Assembly: GCA_048886685.1 (NCBI GenBank) | Contig: JBHLKM010000001.1 | Span: 192,001 to 256,000 of the forward strand | DNA: 64,000 nt | Reading direction: 5' to 3' | From: Candidatus Hodarchaeota archaeon | GTDB taxonomy: Archaea > Asgardarchaeota > Lokiarchaeia > Sigyniarchaeales > SOKP01 | Shown here: in pieces, positions 47,240 to 57,767 of the stretch | Layout of the letters: every line of letters begins with the position of its first letter | Position numbering within the stretch: the stretch's first letter is position 1 | Position numbers and translations under genes: made by a program | The notes under the pieces: generated by a model | What the model was told of the DNA's origin: nothing | Database searches by the model: none | Seen by the model: the letters and a program-made list of their open reading frames with translations, nothing else

Positions 47240-47593
47240 TTAAACCCCTCCAGTCGAGATTTTACTTAATACTATAAACGCTTTAGTTTTTGAAATTTTG
47301 CGAGATTCTCCAACCCGTACTAGGTCTCCAATCTCAATCTCATGAGTTAAACATTCAGGTAAATGACATGCGAGTCGTGTGTTTCGACGTTCATATCTTT
47401 GATATTTTTTAACAAATTGAACATAATCTCTTCTAATAATAACTGTGTTTTTTGATCTTTTACTTACAATAACACCTTGGGTAATTTTTCCCCTAATTCT
47501 TGTATTCCCATGAAAGGGACACGATTCATCATTACAATCTTCAGCTTTCGCCTTAGGGGGCGCAACACCAGGTATTCCAATATTTCTACTCAT
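47240..47593 (-). CDS. rps17: Ribosomal protein uS17
   Basis: C.D..CPFHG, KYQRYE, ESRKISKTK. Confidence 0.95.
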   Translation of the reverse strand: MSRNIGIPGVAPPKAKAEDCNDESCPFHGNTRIRGKITQGVIVSKRSKNTVIIRRDYVQFVKKYQRYERRNTRLACHLPECLTHEIEIGDLVRVGESRKISKTKAFIVLSKISTGGV

Positions 47594-47904
47594 TTTTTAA
47601 ACCATCTCTTCTTTTTTAGGCTTCTTAATCTATTCACGGGAAGACCAACTATTTCATTTCCTTGAACTTCCAGAAAATTTTCCTCTCCATCATTCTGGTA
47701 TTTTGTTAATTTAAATTTAAATACATAATCCTTTTTAATATATTTCTTAACCTTATTTTCTTTTTCTGTAATGAGCATGTTTCTTGTCTCATCAATCACA
47801 ACTCCAATATCCGAAAATTCTGTATCGTTTTTTTTTGATTTAAGCTTCACATAAGCTTTTATTCCTATTAAGTCATGGTAGATTAAATATTTTGGATTAA
47901 TCAC
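47590..47904 (-). CDS. rnp1: RNase P protein Rpp29/POP4
   Basis: HDLIG, G.VIDETRNML, G..IVG.P..R; conserved position between uL29 and uS17. Confidence 0.9.
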   Translation of the reverse strand: MINPKYLIYHDLIGIKAYVKLKSKKNDTEFSDIGVVIDETRNMLITEKENKVKKYIKKDYVFKFKLTKYQNDGEENFLEVQGNEIVGLPVNRLRSLKKKRWFKK

Positions 47905-48104
47905 TATCGTTCCTCATTATATACAGTTAATATTCTTGCGATTTGTTTTCTTAAGATCTTAGCCTTACCAGGATTGTCAGAAACACCGCCTCCTGTTTGA
48001 TTTGAATATAACATCATTAATTCTTCCCTTAAATTCAATAAAGTTCTTTCTCTTTCTCTTTCATCCATTTCCCGTATTCTTTTGGCTGTTAATATATCTC
48101 CCAT
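47904..48104 (-). CDS. rpl29: Ribosomal protein uL29
   Basis: IREM..L..LREEL, NPGK...RKQIARILT. Confidence 0.93.
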   Translation of the reverse strand: MGDILTAKRIREMDERERERTLLNLREELMMLYSNQTGGGVSDNPGKAKILRKQIARILTVYNEER

Positions 48105-48128
48105 TCCATATCACCCCTTTTAATTAGA

Positions 48129-48923
48129 TTATGTTCTATTTTTCTCATTTCCTTCTGTATCTTCTTCTGGAGTTAATGATATTTCGGATACAGATTCTTC
48201 GTCAACTTCATCAATTATTTTTTCATGTTCTTTTACTACTCCAGATACTTCTTCCTCAATAAGATATTCAACTTTTGTTTTAGCTAATTTCGATTCTGCT
48301 TCTGTTTGAGCTTTAGTTAAGAGATCATCTTTTATTTTTACTTCATCACCCATCTTTGTATCGGCGTGCTGAATTTTTACTACTACTCCTAAAACTCCAG
48401 ATTTTTGAATACATTGCGCTACACCCTTATCAACTCCTTCTTGTGAAGGATGTCCACTTTTTGTCATTGTTCCTGCACGAAATATTTGTGTTCTGGCTCG
48501 TTGGCTCGTAACTTTACCCGAAATTCGGATTTCAGCACCAAGAGCACCTCCAGAATCAATGATCTTTCTTAGGATATAATACCCAGCTCGACGGTAATGC
48601 CTACCTCTATCTAAGGAGTAAGCAAGTCTTTCCGCCATAATTTGGGCATTCAAATCAGGATTCGGAACCTCTTCAACTTCGATTTGAGGCATTTCTAAGC
48701 CAAATCGGTCTTGGAGTACATCTGTAATTTCTTGGATGCGTTTTCCACCTTTCCCTATGACAAGACCAGGACGACTAGTCTTCAAAGTTATCCGTACACC
48801 TAAAGGAGTCTTTTGAACGTCTACACCTGCAAATCCAGCTCGAACTAATTCTGATCGCAAATATTCGTTTATTTGCATCAACTTAATTCCTTGTTCAATG
48901 AAATTTTTCACTAGCGGACTCAT
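48129..48923 (-). CDS. rps3: Ribosomal protein uS3
   Basis: KTPLG, RPGLVIGKGG, NPDLNA, GAEIRISGK. Confidence 0.95.
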   Translation of the reverse strand: MSPLVKNFIEQGIKLMQINEYLRSELVRAGFAGVDVQKTPLGVRITLKTSRPGLVIGKGGKRIQEITDVLQDRFGLEMPQIEVEEVPNPDLNAQIMAERLAYSLDRGRHYRRAGYYILRKIIDSGGALGAEIRISGKVTSQRARTQIFRAGTMTKSGHPSQEGVDKGVAQCIQKSGVLGVVVKIQHADTKMGDEVKIKDDLLTKAQTEAESKLAKTKVEYLIEEEVSGVVKEHEKIIDEVDEESVSEISLTPEEDTEGNEKNRT

Positions 48924-48962
48924 TTTCTATCAAAAATTTTATTTATTTATCTTTTATAATAC

Positions 48963-49442
48963 CTAACTTGGAAATTCATAAATCACGATTTCTATATGTG
49001 AGAGATGTTTAAATTTTGCTGTACTACGGCCACGAGCGCGTTCAATGTATCTTTTAATAATTCTTCCCCGATGAGTTGCGGCATGAATAATTCTACACAT
49101 TTCAATATCTAAACCTTTATACTCTCCATTCGCTTCTACGGAAGAAAGAATTTCATATATCCTAGCTGCTGCTTTTTGGGGGTACCTTCCTGCATACCAC
49201 TTAAATTCTTTTAAATCTTTCCGATGAGGGACTTTTTTCTTATGTCGTCTGAAAGGAACTGATTGCTTTAGTTGAATAACATTTTCAAGAAACTCTTTAG
49301 CTCGCTCAACTTTCATTCCTTTTATCACAGCACAGATCTCTCTTGCATGCTTAGGTTTAATTCGTAAATCTCTACCCGATGCTTTAGCTAATCTTTCAGA
49401 ATCATATTTTTGTTCGATGAATGAATAACCCCAGTTAGGCAT
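48963..49442 (-). CDS. rpl22: Ribosomal protein uL22
   Basis: KHAREIC, VPFRR, GRYPQKAA, RARGR. Confidence 0.95.
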   Translation of the reverse strand: MPNWGYSFIEQKYDSERLAKASGRDLRIKPKHAREICAVIKGMKVERAKEFLENVIQLKQSVPFRRHKKKVPHRKDLKEFKWYAGRYPQKAAARIYEILSSVEANGEYKGLDIEMCRIIHAATHRGRIIKRYIERARGRSTAKFKHLSHIEIVIYEFPS

Positions 49443-49476
49443 GATTTTTCATCTCATTAATTTTAAATTTTTAGAT

Positions 49477-50004
49477 TTACTTTAATGGTACATATTTTGA
49501 ACTTCTTGTGGCTCCAATTCCAGGTGATCCGTGTTGCACTCGCTTTCGGGTTAGTGAAAATTCTCCTAGATAATGCCCGATCATTTCTGGTTTAATATCA
49601 ACCACTTCATAGATTCTTCCATTATAAACTCCAATTTTTAGTCCGACCATTTCTGGGAAGATAATCATATCTCTTACATGTGTTCGAGTTAGGAGATCTT
49701 TCCCACGTTTTTTGGCGCGATAAGCCCTTCTAAGCCTTTCAAGCAATTTTTTTTGTCTGGGAGGGAGACCTCGCTTTAATGATCGTCTTGCTCTAGTTGG
49801 TAATAATTGTATAAACTGATCCATATTCATTTTTTTGAGTTCTTCTAATGTATATCCTCTGTAATGAAATCTTAATCTATCCAACTCTTTTTCTGCATCT
49901 AATTCATCTTCATCTTCTTCGATTTCCTCAATAATTTCCTCAGAAGCTTCCTCCTCTTCTAATTCTTCTTCCAAATCTTCATTAGTATCTTCATTCGGAG
50001 CCAT
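49477..50004 (-). CDS. rps19: Ribosomal protein uS19 with acidic N-terminal extension
   Basis: [41 protein letters not shown]. Confidence 0.95.
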   Translation of the reverse strand: MAPNEDTNEDLEEELEEEEASEEIIEEIEEDEDELDAEKELDRLRFHYRGYTLEELKKMNMDQFIQLLPTRARRSLKRGLPPRQKKLLERLRRAYRAKKRGKDLLTRTHVRDMIIFPEMVGLKIGVYNGRIYEVVDIKPEMIGHYLGEFSLTRKRVQHGSPGIGATRSSKYVPLK

Positions 50005-50223
50005 TTTTTAACCAATCTGCTTAATTCTTTAATATTATTCAATTAATTTTTTCGATTATTACTTCATACGGTAAGGATTTTAGTATTGCTTTTAATTTTA
50101 ACTTTTAGGTTAAGTTGGTGAAAATCATAAAACTTATAAGGTTTAGATGTAGTTTTGAAGAGAATTATAGAACCTCAATTCCTTTCAAGATTCTTGAGAT
50201 ATTTTCTCACAGAACAAAATTGA

Positions 50224-50898
50224 TTAATAGTATTGATTTGGATTAAAAATACGGTTTATATCATTTTCATCAAATTTACCGTCCCATCTTTCTTTGATTA
50301 TTATGTATTTATCTACCTCTTTGTTGGGATTTATAGCCGAATGATACGTGTTTATTAGATTTTCAAATTTAGTGCCATTTTCAACATAATAATATACTCC
50401 ATTTCCATTAATGATTATTGGCTTCCCTTCCAAAATTTCCCAGTATTCATTCCTATCTTTATGGATTTGAATTGATAAACCAAATTCTGGTCTAATAAAA
50501 ATCATATTATATTCAGGATAAGTAAATTTAAAGCTATACCACTTAGGAAGTGTGTCAGTATAGTTATTTGGGATATTGTATTTTTCTATAAATTGTTCAG
50601 CTTTAAAATTAATTTTTTCCGTGTTTTCATATTTGTAAGGATTATAAATAACCTGATGGTTTTGAATATCAATATCGTAATGAAGTTCAATAGGGACTTT
50701 TCCTTTATTTATAATCATGTAATAATCATTAGATTTTATAATTAGATCTTTTTCCTTGATTGCTTCCGTTTTGAAAAGCTTACCATTTATGATGAAAATC
50801 TCTTTAAAGCTTTCTGGATTAATGTTAATCACTAATTCTTCTGAATTATTCTTCCTCAACGATGTGCTTCTTTCAGGAAAAATGATCTCCTGCTTCAA
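50224..50898 (-). CDS. Hypothetical protein with C-terminal cupin (MannoseP-isomerase-like) motif
   Basis: LSIQIH..RNEYWEILEG...H...N...E.DI.R. Confidence 0.6.
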   Translation of the reverse strand: MKQEIIFPERSTSLRKNNSEELVININPESFKEIFIINGKLFKTEAIKEKDLIIKSNDYYMIINKGKVPIELHYDIDIQNHQVIYNPYKYENTEKINFKAEQFIEKYNIPNNYTDTLPKWYSFKFTYPEYNMIFIRPEFGLSIQIHKDRNEYWEILEGKPIIINGNGVYYYVENGTKFENLINTYHSAINPNKEVDKYIIIKERWDGKFDENDINRIFNPNQYY

Positions 50899-50912
50899 TT
50901 TAGTTTCTACTC

Positions 50913-51881
50913 CTATTCTAACTCAATATTTAATTCTTTCATTTTTTTTTCGATTTCATTAAGATTAGGCATTGATTCTTGGGCACCCTTCCTAGTAACT
51001 GCTATAGAAGCAGCTATTGTTGCATACTTCGTGGCATTTATTATTGATTTACCTTGACTAAGTTTGCTAGCTAATACTCCTATAAAACAATCTCCAGCGC
51101 CGACTGTATCAACAGCATTTACTTTAGGGGTTCCAATTTCAATAACTTTATCGTCAGCTCCTATATAAATTAAAGATCCTTTATTCCCTAAAGTGGTTAT
51201 TACATATTTTATACCTAATTTAACAATCTCTCTGGAAGCTTGTAGAATTTTAAGTTTTCTTTCACCAGTTAACTCAGGTTGATTTAAGAAGGCATACAAT
51301 CGATATAGCTCTCTTTCATTAGGAATAATTATATCAACATTTTCCAAGACTGTAAAGGGAATCGGTTTAAGTGGGGCGGGATTCAAAATTTTTATAACAT
51401 CTCCTTGTGAAGCTATTTTAAAGATTTCTTCGATTGTTTCTATTGGTATCTCCATCTGAACAACTAATGAACTAGCATTTTTAATGATATCTGCTCTAGC
51501 TTTAACTTCTTCAACAGTTAATTTGAAATTTGCCCCAGGGGCAACACTTATCATGTTTTCCCCTTTATTATCTATCAATATGAGGGCTACTCCACTTGCT
51601 TCTTCAAAATCTCTAGTTACATGGCTCATATCGATACCCTCTTCGGTTAATTGAGAAACCATTTGATTTCCAAAAGAATCCATACCAATCTTCCCTATAA
51701 AAATAGTACTTGCCCCCGATCTAACTGCTGCGACAGCCTGGTTAGCGCCTTTGCCGCCCAAAAATTGTTTAAAGGTCCCACCAGTGACTGTTTCTCCTGG
51801 ATTTGGAAAACGCTCAGAATAGATATTTAAATCCATATTACTAGAACCAATAATTAAAACATAATTAAGCGCTTTACTCAT
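50913..51881 (-). CDS. rbsK: Ribokinase (PfkB family)
   Basis: GSSNMD, GGKGANQAVA, LNPAP, PNE.E, DTVGAGDCF. Confidence 0.93.
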   Translation of the reverse strand: MSKALNYVLIIGSSNMDLNIYSERFPNPGETVTGGTFKQFLGGKGANQAVAAVRSGASTIFIGKIGMDSFGNQMVSQLTEEGIDMSHVTRDFEEASGVALILIDNKGENMISVAPGANFKLTVEEVKARADIIKNASSLVVQMEIPIETIEEIFKIASQGDVIKILNPAPLKPIPFTVLENVDIIIPNERELYRLYAFLNQPELTGERKLKILQASREIVKLGIKYVITTLGNKGSLIYIGADDKVIEIGTPKVNAVDTVGAGDCFIGVLASKLSQGKSIINATKYATIAASIAVTRKGAQESMPNLNEIEKKMKELNIELE

Positions 51882-52045
51882 ACTATATACACAGTATATG
51901 GATATGATTATGATTTTTATTATTTTTTAAATAATATTTTATTTTCTGTAAAATCGTATTACTTTATAGATGAGGTTTAGGATATTTAAAAAAACAGGAT
52001 GTTCTTTAAAAAAATAAGAGAAAAATAAAAAAATAAATTTTTAGA

Positions 52046-52363
52046 TTAATCAGAATCTTCTTTCTCTGATGCTAATTCTTCTTCTAATTCTTCTAATGGA
52101 ACAGGTGCAGGTGTAGTTAACATACTATACCCAATCCAAATAGCGATGATTGCAATTAAGACGACCAAAAGCCACAGAGGAGCCACGACGAAGAGACGCC
52201 AATCTAACCAGTCAACTCCGAATATATTACTCCAATTATCCCAATCAGGATTATCCCAAATTGTGTCAAACAATAAATCTACGATAGATCCCATTGTATA
52301 AAATACAGCAATTAGAATCCCTACAATTATAACTATTGCCCCGATAACCTTATCTTTAGCCAA
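52046..52363 (-). CDS. Small two-TM membrane protein
   Basis: KDKVIG.., WIGYSMLTTPAP.PLEELE; GGAG SD and TTG start. Confidence 0.75.
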   Translation of the reverse strand: MAKDKVIGAIVIIVGILIAVFYTMGSIVDLLFDTIWDNPDWDNWSNIFGVDWLDWRLFVVAPLWLLVVLIAIIAIWIGYSMLTTPAPVPLEELEEELASEKEDSD

Positions 52364-52548
52364 ATCGGTTCAACTCCTTAATTTTCTTAATTTTTTATAT
52401 ATTTTAATTTTAGAAAATTTTCAATTTATATTAAAAGTTAAAAAATTATTCAATTAAAACCATTCTATTAAAAGTAAAATTAGACTCGTAAAAATGTTAT
52501 CTTCTTTCAGTAATGATATTTAGTGTTTTAACCACTGATAATTGAACT

Positions 52549-52977
52549 TTAGGTGCTAAATGAGAAAATAGCCGAACCTTGAGAGGTAGTTCGTTTTTCA
52601 TGAGTTTCTGTTAATAAACTGATTTCTATTAGATTTTCATTATCTTCTTGGTATTTCTTTATAATTTTACCCGTAAATGTAAGAACATCATTTTCATTCA
52701 CAATATCTGAGAATCGGATTTTAAAGTTTCTCAAAATTCCACCCTTAGCCCATTTTAAGATAAAAGAAGCAATCATCCCTGCTTGAAGCATACCATGGGC
52801 AATACATCCTTTTAAGCCAGTTTTTTTAGCAAATGATTCATCGTAATGAAGCAAATTATAATCACCTGAGGCTGAAGCATAATCAACTAATTGAACACGT
52901 GTAATCGGGTCAGTTTTCTCTTCAGGTAGCTTCATTCCTACTTTAAGCTCATTAAAACTTAATTTTTTGTTTAACAA
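52549..52977 (-). CDS. MaoC-like (R)-hydratase subunit
   Basis: YASASGDYNLLHYD, IAHGML. Confidence 0.88.
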   Translation of the reverse strand: MLNKKLSFNELKVGMKLPEEKTDPITRVQLVDYASASGDYNLLHYDESFAKKTGLKGCIAHGMLQAGMIASFILKWAKGGILRNFKIRFSDIVNENDVLTFTGKIIKKYQEDNENLIEISLLTETHEKRTTSQGSAIFSFST

Positions 52978-53013
52978 TTTCTATTACTCGCTCTCTTTAT
53001 AATTTTAGTTATC

Positions 53014-53457
53014 CTAATGAAAAACGATGAGAGTATTAATAATTTCAAAGACTTTTTCATTAGAGTCTTTATTTTTTCCCTCAGTGATAGAAGTTACTAT
53101 ATCCATTTTCCCTCGCTTCCCTTCCTTTTCGATGATATTTTCAACTTTTGTCTGATAAATTATTTTGTCTCCAGCAACACATTGAGAATAATATCTAAAT
53201 TCTTTCCCGCCATCCAAAAGTTTTTTAAAATCGATACCTAAGGTAGCATAGAAATTTTTTTCCCCAGAATAGATCATTCTCGTGAAAAAAGTTGGAGGAA
53301 CAGGTAGATCTTTGTATCCCTGGTTTTTTGCTTCATTTAAATCGTAATAAATTGGGTTAGTATCCCTGATTGCATTCGCAAATTGAGTAATTTTCCATCG
53401 AGAGATAGTTCTTTCACTTGGTTCAAATTTATATCCAATAAATTTTCGATCAAGCAT
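53014..53457 (-). CDS. FAS1-like/MaoC N-terminal dehydratase subunit
   Basis: FANAIRDTNPIY.D..A...GY...P.PPTF; pairs with the adjacent MaoC gene. Confidence 0.85.
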   Translation of the reverse strand: MLDRKFIGYKFEPSERTISRWKITQFANAIRDTNPIYYDLNEAKNQGYKDLPVPPTFFTRMIYSGEKNFYATLGIDFKKLLDGGKEFRYYSQCVAGDKIIYQTKVENIIEKEGKRGKMDIVTSITEGKNKDSNEKVFEIINTLIVFH

Positions 53458-53670
53458 ACTTCAATTTAATCTTAAGTTTAATAAAAGATTTTGATTTTTT
53501 CACTCTTAGGGGAAAACTTTTGACATAAAAATCAAAAGCTTAAATTCCAAAACTAATCATTCACTAATAATTTTTCTAAATAAAAACGAAATTTATATTT
53601 TTTATATTATTATCAAAGTTGGGAATATACTATATTAATCAAATTGAGAAATTAAAGGAGTTAAAATACA

Positions 53671-53868
53671 ATGTCTTTTGATATTAAAATTGATATGGAT
53701 GCCTGTACGGGATGCGGTACATGCTACGAAGTTTGTCCTTCTGAATGTTTTGACGAACCCGAAGGAGGTAAAGTCAACGTTATAGAAGATAACAGAGAAG
53801 ATTGTGTAGGATGTAGAGCCTGTGAAACTCAATGTCCCGAAGAAGCAATAGAGATCATTGAAAACTAG
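53671..53868 (+). CDS. 2x[4Fe-4S] ferredoxin
   Basis: CTGCGTCYEVCP and CVGCRACETQCP; GGAG SD. Confidence 0.93.
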   Translation: MSFDIKIDMDACTGCGTCYEVCPSECFDEPEGGKVNVIEDNREDCVGCRACETQCPEEAIEIIEN

Positions 53869-54017
53869 ATTTTCAGAATCGGTAAATCTAATTTCTTTTT
53901 TTTATTTTTTCTTTATATTTTTATTTTAAAATTCATAAAAGGGTTTATAGTAACGCATTTTTCTTGATATTCAGGAAAATTAGAAAATTAAAAATTAGAA
54001 AGAGGGTTTATTTGAAA

Positions 54018-55130
54018 TTACCACAATAAGATTCTACTACAATTTTTACAGGTTCCTTCATTTATTTGCATATTTATGCAGCTTTCGTGATATGGAGCTT
54101 TACATTCTTGACAGACATAAATCTTTCCCATATGTTCAGTAAAATCATAACCACAATATACACATTTACTTGTATAAGAAAAATTATCTGAACTATTAGC
54201 ATCTAATTCAACAATCTGCGAAGTTCCCGTTAATCCCAACCCTCCAGAAGTGGGTGTTAAATAGTTATTTTGCTGGGTTTCTGCAGAAGTTTGAAAATAT
54301 TGCTGTTGAGTTTGAGGTGTTTCCCAATCAGAAATGTATCCTGGTGTTGGAGTTTTTGAAATGCCCATCTTTTGAGATACTTTTTCATCGAGGATATTTG
54401 TCAAAATTAATGCTGATGCATATTTTCCTTTAGCTCCTCCTTTCTGTAAGTGAGTATGACTTATCATATGAATAATTCGGCCTCCCATCTTTCCATAATC
54501 AAATTCTACAAGTACAGGAGATTCTCCCCATTTATTTTGAATTTCCCAAGAATTTATTAACACCCTGACAGCTTGATGGTTAATAATTTGGATTGGAAAG
54601 GAACGAGTTTCTAACCACCAGCGAAATTCAGATTTTTTTGTATTTTTCGCAGTTTGCTTTTGCCATTTACTTTGTTGAATTTCGCTTAGAACACCCTCTA
54701 AAAATGGATGGTCTGGCTGTATTATTTGACAAGGAACGACTGCATCGGCAGTTTTTGCACGATTCCATCTTATATACCCAGGAAAAATATTCTCTATTAT
54801 GCTTTGAAGTGCCCAATCAGTAGTTATTAACCATCCTCCATTTGTGACGAAATCTTTCACTTTTGGATAAGCTGCATGGGGAATATCACTACCAGGGCAC
54901 CCTATAAGAACTACATCATATTGAGCTAGATTTTCTTTCATGATTTCTCTTTCTTTCACGACATTTTTCACTGAAGCGTACATATGTTCTACAACTTTTT
55001 TGGGTTTTTCATACCTTCCACTTATTGCTAAAATTTTTCCATGTTTTTCTACCGCGTCCACAACATCCTTTTTATTTAGTGCTTCCATCTTGCGTTTCTT
55101 GACTTCGGAATAGATATCTTTCAAACTCAT
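54018..55130 (-). CDS. Class I GATase-like domain + C-terminal RING/PHD-like zinc finger
   Basis: YDVVLIGCPG, FV.NGG.L.TTDWA; CVYC..CQEC...HESC..CKNC (C4HC3). Confidence 0.7.
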   Translation of the reverse strand: MSLKDIYSEVKKRKMEALNKKDVVDAVEKHGKILAISGRYEKPKKVVEHMYASVKNVVKEREIMKENLAQYDVVLIGCPGSDIPHAAYPKVKDFVTNGGWLITTDWALQSIIENIFPGYIRWNRAKTADAVVPCQIIQPDHPFLEGVLSEIQQSKWQKQTAKNTKKSEFRWWLETRSFPIQIINHQAVRVLINSWEIQNKWGESPVLVEFDYGKMGGRIIHMISHTHLQKGGAKGKYASALILTNILDEKVSQKMGISKTPTPGYISDWETPQTQQQYFQTSAETQQNNYLTPTSGGLGLTGTSQIVELDANSSDNFSYTSKCVYCGYDFTEHMGKIYVCQECKAPYHESCINMQINEGTCKNCSRILLW

Positions 55131-55211
55131 TTGTTTAGCCTTTAAATAATATTATAAAGAATTTAGTGTTATTTTATAATTATTATAAAATAATAATTAT
55201 ATATATTTTAA

Positions 55212-56720
55212 GTGGAAGGGATATTTTTGTCTAAATTAAGGGATTTAGGACAACCTTATGAATTTTGGGAGTATTTTGAACAAATAACTAAAATCCCTCG
55301 ATGTTCAGAGCACGAAGAAAAAGTGAGAACTTATATAAAGGAAGAAGCTGAGAAATTTGGATTTGTAACCCAGAGTGATAAGACAGGAAATCTTGTAGTA
55401 AGAATTTCACCAAACCAAGAACCAAAAGAAAAAGTTGTATTACAATGTCATTTGGATATGGTGTGTGAAAAAAATGAGGAAATTTCTCATGATTTTTCAA
55501 AGGATCCATTAAAATTAAAAATTATTGAAATTGACAATGAAAAGTGGGTTACTGCTGAAGGAACCACCTTAGGTGCAGATAATGGGGTTGGTATAGGGTA
55601 TTTATTAACATTTATGAAAAAAATCCATGACAGAGATTTGAACTTCGATACACTTGAATTTGATCTGTTATTTACTATTGATGAAGAAAGCGGTTTACGT
55701 GGAGCATTTAACATTGATGATAATTTAATAGATGGGAATTTTCTTATTAACTTAGATGCAGAAGACGAGGATTCCGTAACAATTGGCTGTGCGGGGGGAA
55801 GAGTGACATTTTTTCATATAAAAAAAGAAACTGTTAGGATAAATAAGAAAGAAAATCTAGTTCCAATAAAGATTTTTGTATCAGGGTTGGTTGGAGGGCA
55901 TTCGGGAGCTGATATTCATTTAGGAAGAGGGAATGCATTAAAAATAATAGGCGAAGTACTTTGGAAATTAAACAACAAGTTTAAAATATATATTAACTCT
56001 ATTAATGGGGGCAACAGAACTAATGCAATACCTAGGGAAGCCAGAGCTAATATTTTTATTAGAGAGGAGGATTTTTTAGCGATACGTGAATTTATTAAGG
56101 AACTTGTAATGAAAATTAAGGTAGTTTTTAATGGCATTGACCCTGAATTGAGTATTTCGGTTGAGAAACTGGAAACCTCAGATGAAAACGAAGTAATAAT
56201 AAAAGAAATTCAAGACAATATTCTTAACCTTTTGTATACAATACCAAATGGACCTCTTTCTATGCATCCAAAAATTAAGGGACTTGTTTTTACTTCGTCT
56301 AACTTGGGAGTAATAAAAACTGAAAAGAATAAGATTGAAATAAAGTTAAGCCAACGAAGTTTGAGCGAATATTTTAAAATGATTATTTGGGAGAAAGCGC
56401 TATCTTTATTCAACTTAATGGATTTAGAGACAGAAATCATTATAGATTCCGATTATCCTGGTTGGCAACCAGATTTTAATTCTAAACTTTTAAAATTTAC
56501 TGAAGAAGCATTTAAAACCTTATTTAATAAAGAGATTGAGGTTAAAGCAATTCATGCCGGATTGGAATGTGGAATTTTAAAGAAAAAATTTCCTGATATG
56601 GATATGATATCCATTGGGCCTAAAAACATTGGTGGTCATTCCCCTGATGAGAGAATATCGATACAATCCGTTGAGAAAATTTGGAATTTCTTGATATCCC
56701 TATTAACAATATTAAATTAG
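55212..56720 (+). CDS. pepD: Aminoacyl-histidine dipeptidase (M20C)
   Basis: LQCHLDMV, TTLGADNG, DEE.G, GGHSG.DI, IHAGLECG, HSPDE. Confidence 0.93.
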   Translation: MEGIFLSKLRDLGQPYEFWEYFEQITKIPRCSEHEEKVRTYIKEEAEKFGFVTQSDKTGNLVVRISPNQEPKEKVVLQCHLDMVCEKNEEISHDFSKDPLKLKIIEIDNEKWVTAEGTTLGADNGVGIGYLLTFMKKIHDRDLNFDTLEFDLLFTIDEESGLRGAFNIDDNLIDGNFLINLDAEDEDSVTIGCAGGRVTFFHIKKETVRINKKENLVPIKIFVSGLVGGHSGADIHLGRGNALKIIGEVLWKLNNKFKIYINSINGGNRTNAIPREARANIFIREEDFLAIREFIKELVMKIKVVFNGIDPELSISVEKLETSDENEVIIKEIQDNILNLLYTIPNGPLSMHPKIKGLVFTSSNLGVIKTEKNKIEIKLSQRSLSEYFKMIIWEKALSLFNLMDLETEIIIDSDYPGWQPDFNSKLLKFTEEAFKTLFNKEIEVKAIHAGLECGILKKKFPDMDMISIGPKNIGGHSPDERISIQSVEKIWNFLISLLTILN

Positions 56721-56792
56721 AATATTGAAATTTGTAAGATATTATTTGAAAAAATTATTAAATTGTAATGAATAATTCAATTATAGTTTATT

Positions 56793-57320
56793 ATGCAAAA
56801 ACGATCCCCTACTAAAGAACAATTTAGAAAAGAAGATATAATTGGTTCTGAGACTGTAATGGAGAAAATCAAAAAGAAAACTCCATGGATTCTTGGAAGT
56901 GCACTAAGAAAACCGAAAGTAAATTTTCCAAAATTTAAGGTTCCCAAATTATCTCTTCCGATGCCATCAAGATCAATAAGTATAATAGCTGTATTTATTG
57001 TTCTATTTGTACTTCAGACAGGAATAGCATATTTAGTTGTTAGAGAACCTCCCGCACTAGGTGCGACCCCCCCTCCAAATAATGAGCCTATTTTTATAAT
57101 TACCGATATTAATGAAGCTTTTATTATTGAGAGCATTGTGGCTTCAATACTTATTCTATTATGCTCTACTGGATTTATAATTTTATATCAAGCGTCAAAA
57201 TATGTATATAATCGAAAAATGGCCTTATCATATTTAGCAATTGGAGTAATTTTAATACTCGTGTGCTTTATATCGTTACAATATATCATTGCTGTCAAGA
57301 CAGGAGTGTTGGATCAGTAA
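56793..57320 (+). CDS. OSTC/DC2 (OST3/OST6-family) oligosaccharyltransferase accessory-like protein
   Basis: MPS..TM..GIAYLVVREPPALG..P.F..N..FIIESI...GFIILY resembles recalled DC2/OSTC. Confidence 0.7.
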   Translation: MQKRSPTKEQFRKEDIIGSETVMEKIKKKTPWILGSALRKPKVNFPKFKVPKLSLPMPSRSISIIAVFIVLFVLQTGIAYLVVREPPALGATPPPNNEPIFIITDINEAFIIESIVASILILLCSTGFIILYQASKYVYNRKMALSYLAIGVILILVCFISLQYIIAVKTGVLDQ

Positions 57321-57767
57321 TAGTTAAGTATAATCATCAGGATAGATTCAGTGAGCATCCTCATGATAGGTTGCGCAAAACCAGTTTTGGTGCTTATGAC
57401 TAAAAGCATTTTTTTTAATATCACCTCAATTTTTCCCATTAAACAAGTATCAAATACACTAATTTAAACTTTTATTAAAAAATCTTAGAGACACTTTTTA
57501 TTTTTGTCGTTCATTTTTATTCACTTTGACAATCTTATTTTTAAAAGAATTTCGTTTTATGGGAATTAAATAAACCTCATAGTGTGATATTGACCACCCA
57601 CAACTTACCACCTATAACTTATTGGGGAAGAGCTATAAATCTTAATCCAGTAATAATTGATTGGAATGTTTTAAAGCTAAACTAGATCATTATTCAAACT
57701 TCTTAGAGAATATTATTTTTAAAAAAAAAGAAAAAAAATATAGAATAAAAATGTAATTTCTGGCTTA

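Noticed and set aside
57333-57367. SECIS-like AUGA...UGA hairpin
   Set aside because: The Watson-Crick register is incompatible with the tandem G-A core, the helix is too short, and upstream gcvH has no in-frame UGA
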